A stretch of DNA of 63,008 nt, counting the filler, from Olpidium bornovanus S191 (Eukaryota; Fungi; Olpidiomycota), in the NCBI GenBank assembly GCA_017911155.1. It is 28 parts of 28 records of this genome, joined end to end, with 100 filler letters (N's around TTAATTAATTAA, not from the genome) between each part and the next. Parts side by side here need not be neighbours in the genome. Positions count along the whole stretch, not along the records: positions 60,629 to 63,008 come from JAEFCI010004226.1; 27 more parts are not named here. The stretch is one strand, 5' to 3'. The first letter of the stretch is position 1, and the number at the start of each line of letters is the position of its first letter. Made by a program: the position numbers and the translations under genes. The notes under the pieces were generated by a model. That model ran no database searches. It was not told the origin of the DNA and saw only the letters and a program-made list of their open reading frames with translations. Shown here piece after piece: positions 60,529 through 63,008 of the stretch.

Positions 60529-62006
60529 NNNNNNNNNNNNNNNNNNNNNNNNNNNNNNNNNNNNNNNNNNNNTTAATTAATTAANNNNNNNNNNNNNNNN
60601 NNNNNNNNNNNNNNNNNNNNNNNNNNNNCATGGGGCGACATCTGAGTTGCGGCCTTCGCGTACTGTGCATTTTTTTTTTTCCATCACAAACGAATATCAC
60701 CCGTTCCTGCGGACAGAAGCGGAGCTCTGCATCGCTGTCAGGTGGCGGATACAAAGATCTTTTGCCAGGATCACCCGTAAACGCTGACACGCGCCCGGTC
60801 TATCCGCAACAGCCGGACCGGACCGTCGGCAACACCTACGGTTACAGCCCCTGTTTGAACGGGGTCGCTGGAAACTCTACTGTCGCGTCGGAATCTGGCG
60901 GGATCCATCGGACTTTAGGAGACTAGCTTTTGCAATATATATATACACACACACACACACACACGCACACTAGTAATCGGCGTTCACGCCGCGTGGGCTT
61001 CTGCCACTTTGTCAAACGACATTTTTCGTGCCGAAGTTCTGCGCGCAGATAACTTTACTTTTCCGCTTGGTTTTTGTTTGTCGAAGGCCACGCTTGACCG
61101 CGCGAGAGGGCTAGGTAACGGTAAAATGCGTGAGTTTTAGGAAACGCCTGCGTGCCGCGAGCAACCGGGTTTCTGGCACTTTGACACGTCTCGTTGCGTG
61201 GTAAGAAATCGTGCTTCGCCTTACGGATCGCCGGAGCCGTTGATCCCGGCTCTGAAAAGCCCGAACTTGAAAGCGCGGGCACTAAGGAAACGGGGAAGCG
61301 CCCGTCCGTTTTTCGACGCGCACTGTCGAAGCCGAGGGCGAGTTTTAAAAACCCGGCGAAATGTTTTTTTTTTCTTTTCGGAGCGCCGGAGAGAGCGCTA
61401 CCACCGCTGGGGTCCTGCCACCGGCCCCGTAGTCTCAACAACGTTGAAGTCGAACCACCCAAGGGCGCGATTCATCGGTCGGGGGGCCCCCTCTCTCGGC
61501 CCGAAGCATTACGTTTTTCTGCGTGCCGGCGGGGGCCAGCCCTGTGTGCCCGCCTGGAGGACCGACGTTTCGCCCGCGATCTCGTCGCCAGAGAACACGC
61601 GGAACGGGCTCTAACAGGCGTACACAGTGGGCTGGATAGGTCCGGCCCTGACCAGGATCGAACGACCCCACAGTTTTTTGGATTTGCGCTATGTGGTGGT
61701 TTCCGATTTGCCGCAGAAAGCACCCAACTTACTTTCGAGCCGGCGCGCGCGTGTAGTCGAGAGGGACGGCAGGAGGCGGCCCGCGCCTAATCGCCGCCCC
61801 TCTGACGGCGCGGACGAAATCCGATTTCCGTGCGTTGAAAGCGCATAGCGGGGCTGTCTGCTTGGTTGGCGGAGAGAACATCCAAACCTCCAAACCGCAC
61901 AAACCGCCCACCGCGCTTCCCCGCCCCTCCATCCGCAAGCAAGGCAGCAAGCAGCCAGGAACAACGAGGCCGAAAGACTCTCGAAAGAAGAAGAAAAAGA
62001 AGAAGA

Positions 62007-62870
62007 ATGTGGACCGAGTACCGGACCGCAGACAACGTGCCGTACTGGCACAATCCCGCCACCGGTGTCTCCATGTGGCAGCGCCCGCCAGACCCGCCGC
62101 CGCAGCGCCCGCCGCCGCCGCCGCCGCCGCACCAGCCGCCCCCGCCGCCGCCGCCGCTGGCCGGCGGCCACCGCCCCGCCGCCGCTCCGGTGCGGCCTTG
62201 CCCGCCGCCGCCGCCGCCGCCACCGGTGCTGCCGCCGCGTCCGGGACCCGCGGCTCTACTCGGCGCGGCTCCGCCGTTGGCGCCCGCGTTGCTGCCTCCG
62301 CCCCCGTTCCCACCCGTCCTTGGCCGCCCGGGACTGCCGGCGGCGTTCCCGCCGCCGAAGCCGCCGCCGTTCTTCCCTCCGCCGCTGGGTCAGCCAAGCC
62401 ACCACCACCCCCCTCTGTACATGCCACCGGCCCCGCCGCCGGGGCCGCCACCTCCGCCGCCGCAGGAGCAGCCAGTGGTCATGTAAGTCGACCAGGGGAG
62501 GGGCGTGCGCCGCGCCCTTTGACGGCGGAACCGCCGGGAAGGGGACCCCCACAGCGCGGGGGGGGGCAGGGGGGTGGGGGAAGAATTGAGAAGCTGAAAC
62601 ACACTTTTCGTGCGTCGCCTCCAAACCGCCGTGAAGGAAGCCCGTGCCCGCTTGCGCCTGGTTCGTCGTCCTGACGTCGTTCGGTGGGGAATTCTACTAC
62701 AACCCCGCGAAGGCGGAGTCGCTCTGGCATCCGCCGGAGGAGCTTCTGGAAGCTTTGGACAAGTGGAAAGCGAGCTGCTCCGCGGGCGCGGGGGCGAAAA
62801 GGTCTCTGGAGACGGACGGCGGCGGCCACGACGGAAAGAAGCCGAAGGTGGCCGAGGCGGAAGGGACCGA
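62007..62870 (+). CDS. WW-domain, proline-rich protein, TCERG1/CA150-like, 3' partial
   Basis: Exon 62007-62482 has WW WTEYRTADNVPYWHNPATGVSMWQRP and poly-Pro. Exon 62637-62870 has KPVPACAWFVVLTSFGGEFYYNPAKAESLWHPP, like the third WW of TCERG1. Confidence 0.8.
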
Positions 62871-62966
62871 GTGAGTGGCTACGACGTAGTCGCCGGGGGT
62901 GCAAAACTGAAGAACGCGCGGTGGCTTCGGCCTTCGGGCCTTCCCCCCCCCCCCCCCCCCGGGGGG

Positions 62967-63004
<38 letters not shown>

Positions 63005-63008
63005 GCGA

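Overview
This window is not one locus. It is 28 short contigs (about 1.0-4.7 kb) joined by an artificial 100-bp linker (44 N + TTAATTAATTAA + 44 N), so adjacency across a linker has no biological meaning. The DNA is GC-rich and intron-rich with very long homopolymers. The gene content is fungal (UsgS, Rsc7/Swp82, Lid2-type KDM5) and includes flagellum-associated genes (XRRA1-like, CatSper3-like), so I infer a zoosporic, early-diverging fungus (Olpidium/chytrid grade; not verified). Housekeeping gene fragments: kelch protein, SES1, DED1, FANCM/Mph1, KDM5, a P4-ATPase, TIM23, Rsc7/Npl6, a histidine acid phosphatase, UsgS and a TCERG1-like WW protein. Decayed mobile elements: two Copia remnants, a PIF1/Helitron-like helicase, and weaker LINE, Gypsy and Tc1/IS630-like traces. 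Most interesting: (1) a spliced gene for a bacterial restriction-modification-type (gamma-class, TaqI/Eco57I-like) amino-methyltransferase with intact DPCMGSGSFL and NPPY motifs and a probable target-recognition domain; (2) an intron-containing TET/JBP dioxygenase whose three in-frame stops all fit TCG>TTG mutation, flanked by a chromodomain fragment and a 52-bp perfect palindrome; (3) a CatSper3-like channel subunit; (4) a spliced HutD-family cupin. 24 of the 56 contig ends carry CATG, which points to a restriction-based library artefact. I recognised no rRNA, tRNA or CRISPR arrays. All family assignments are from motif recall; no database search was run.
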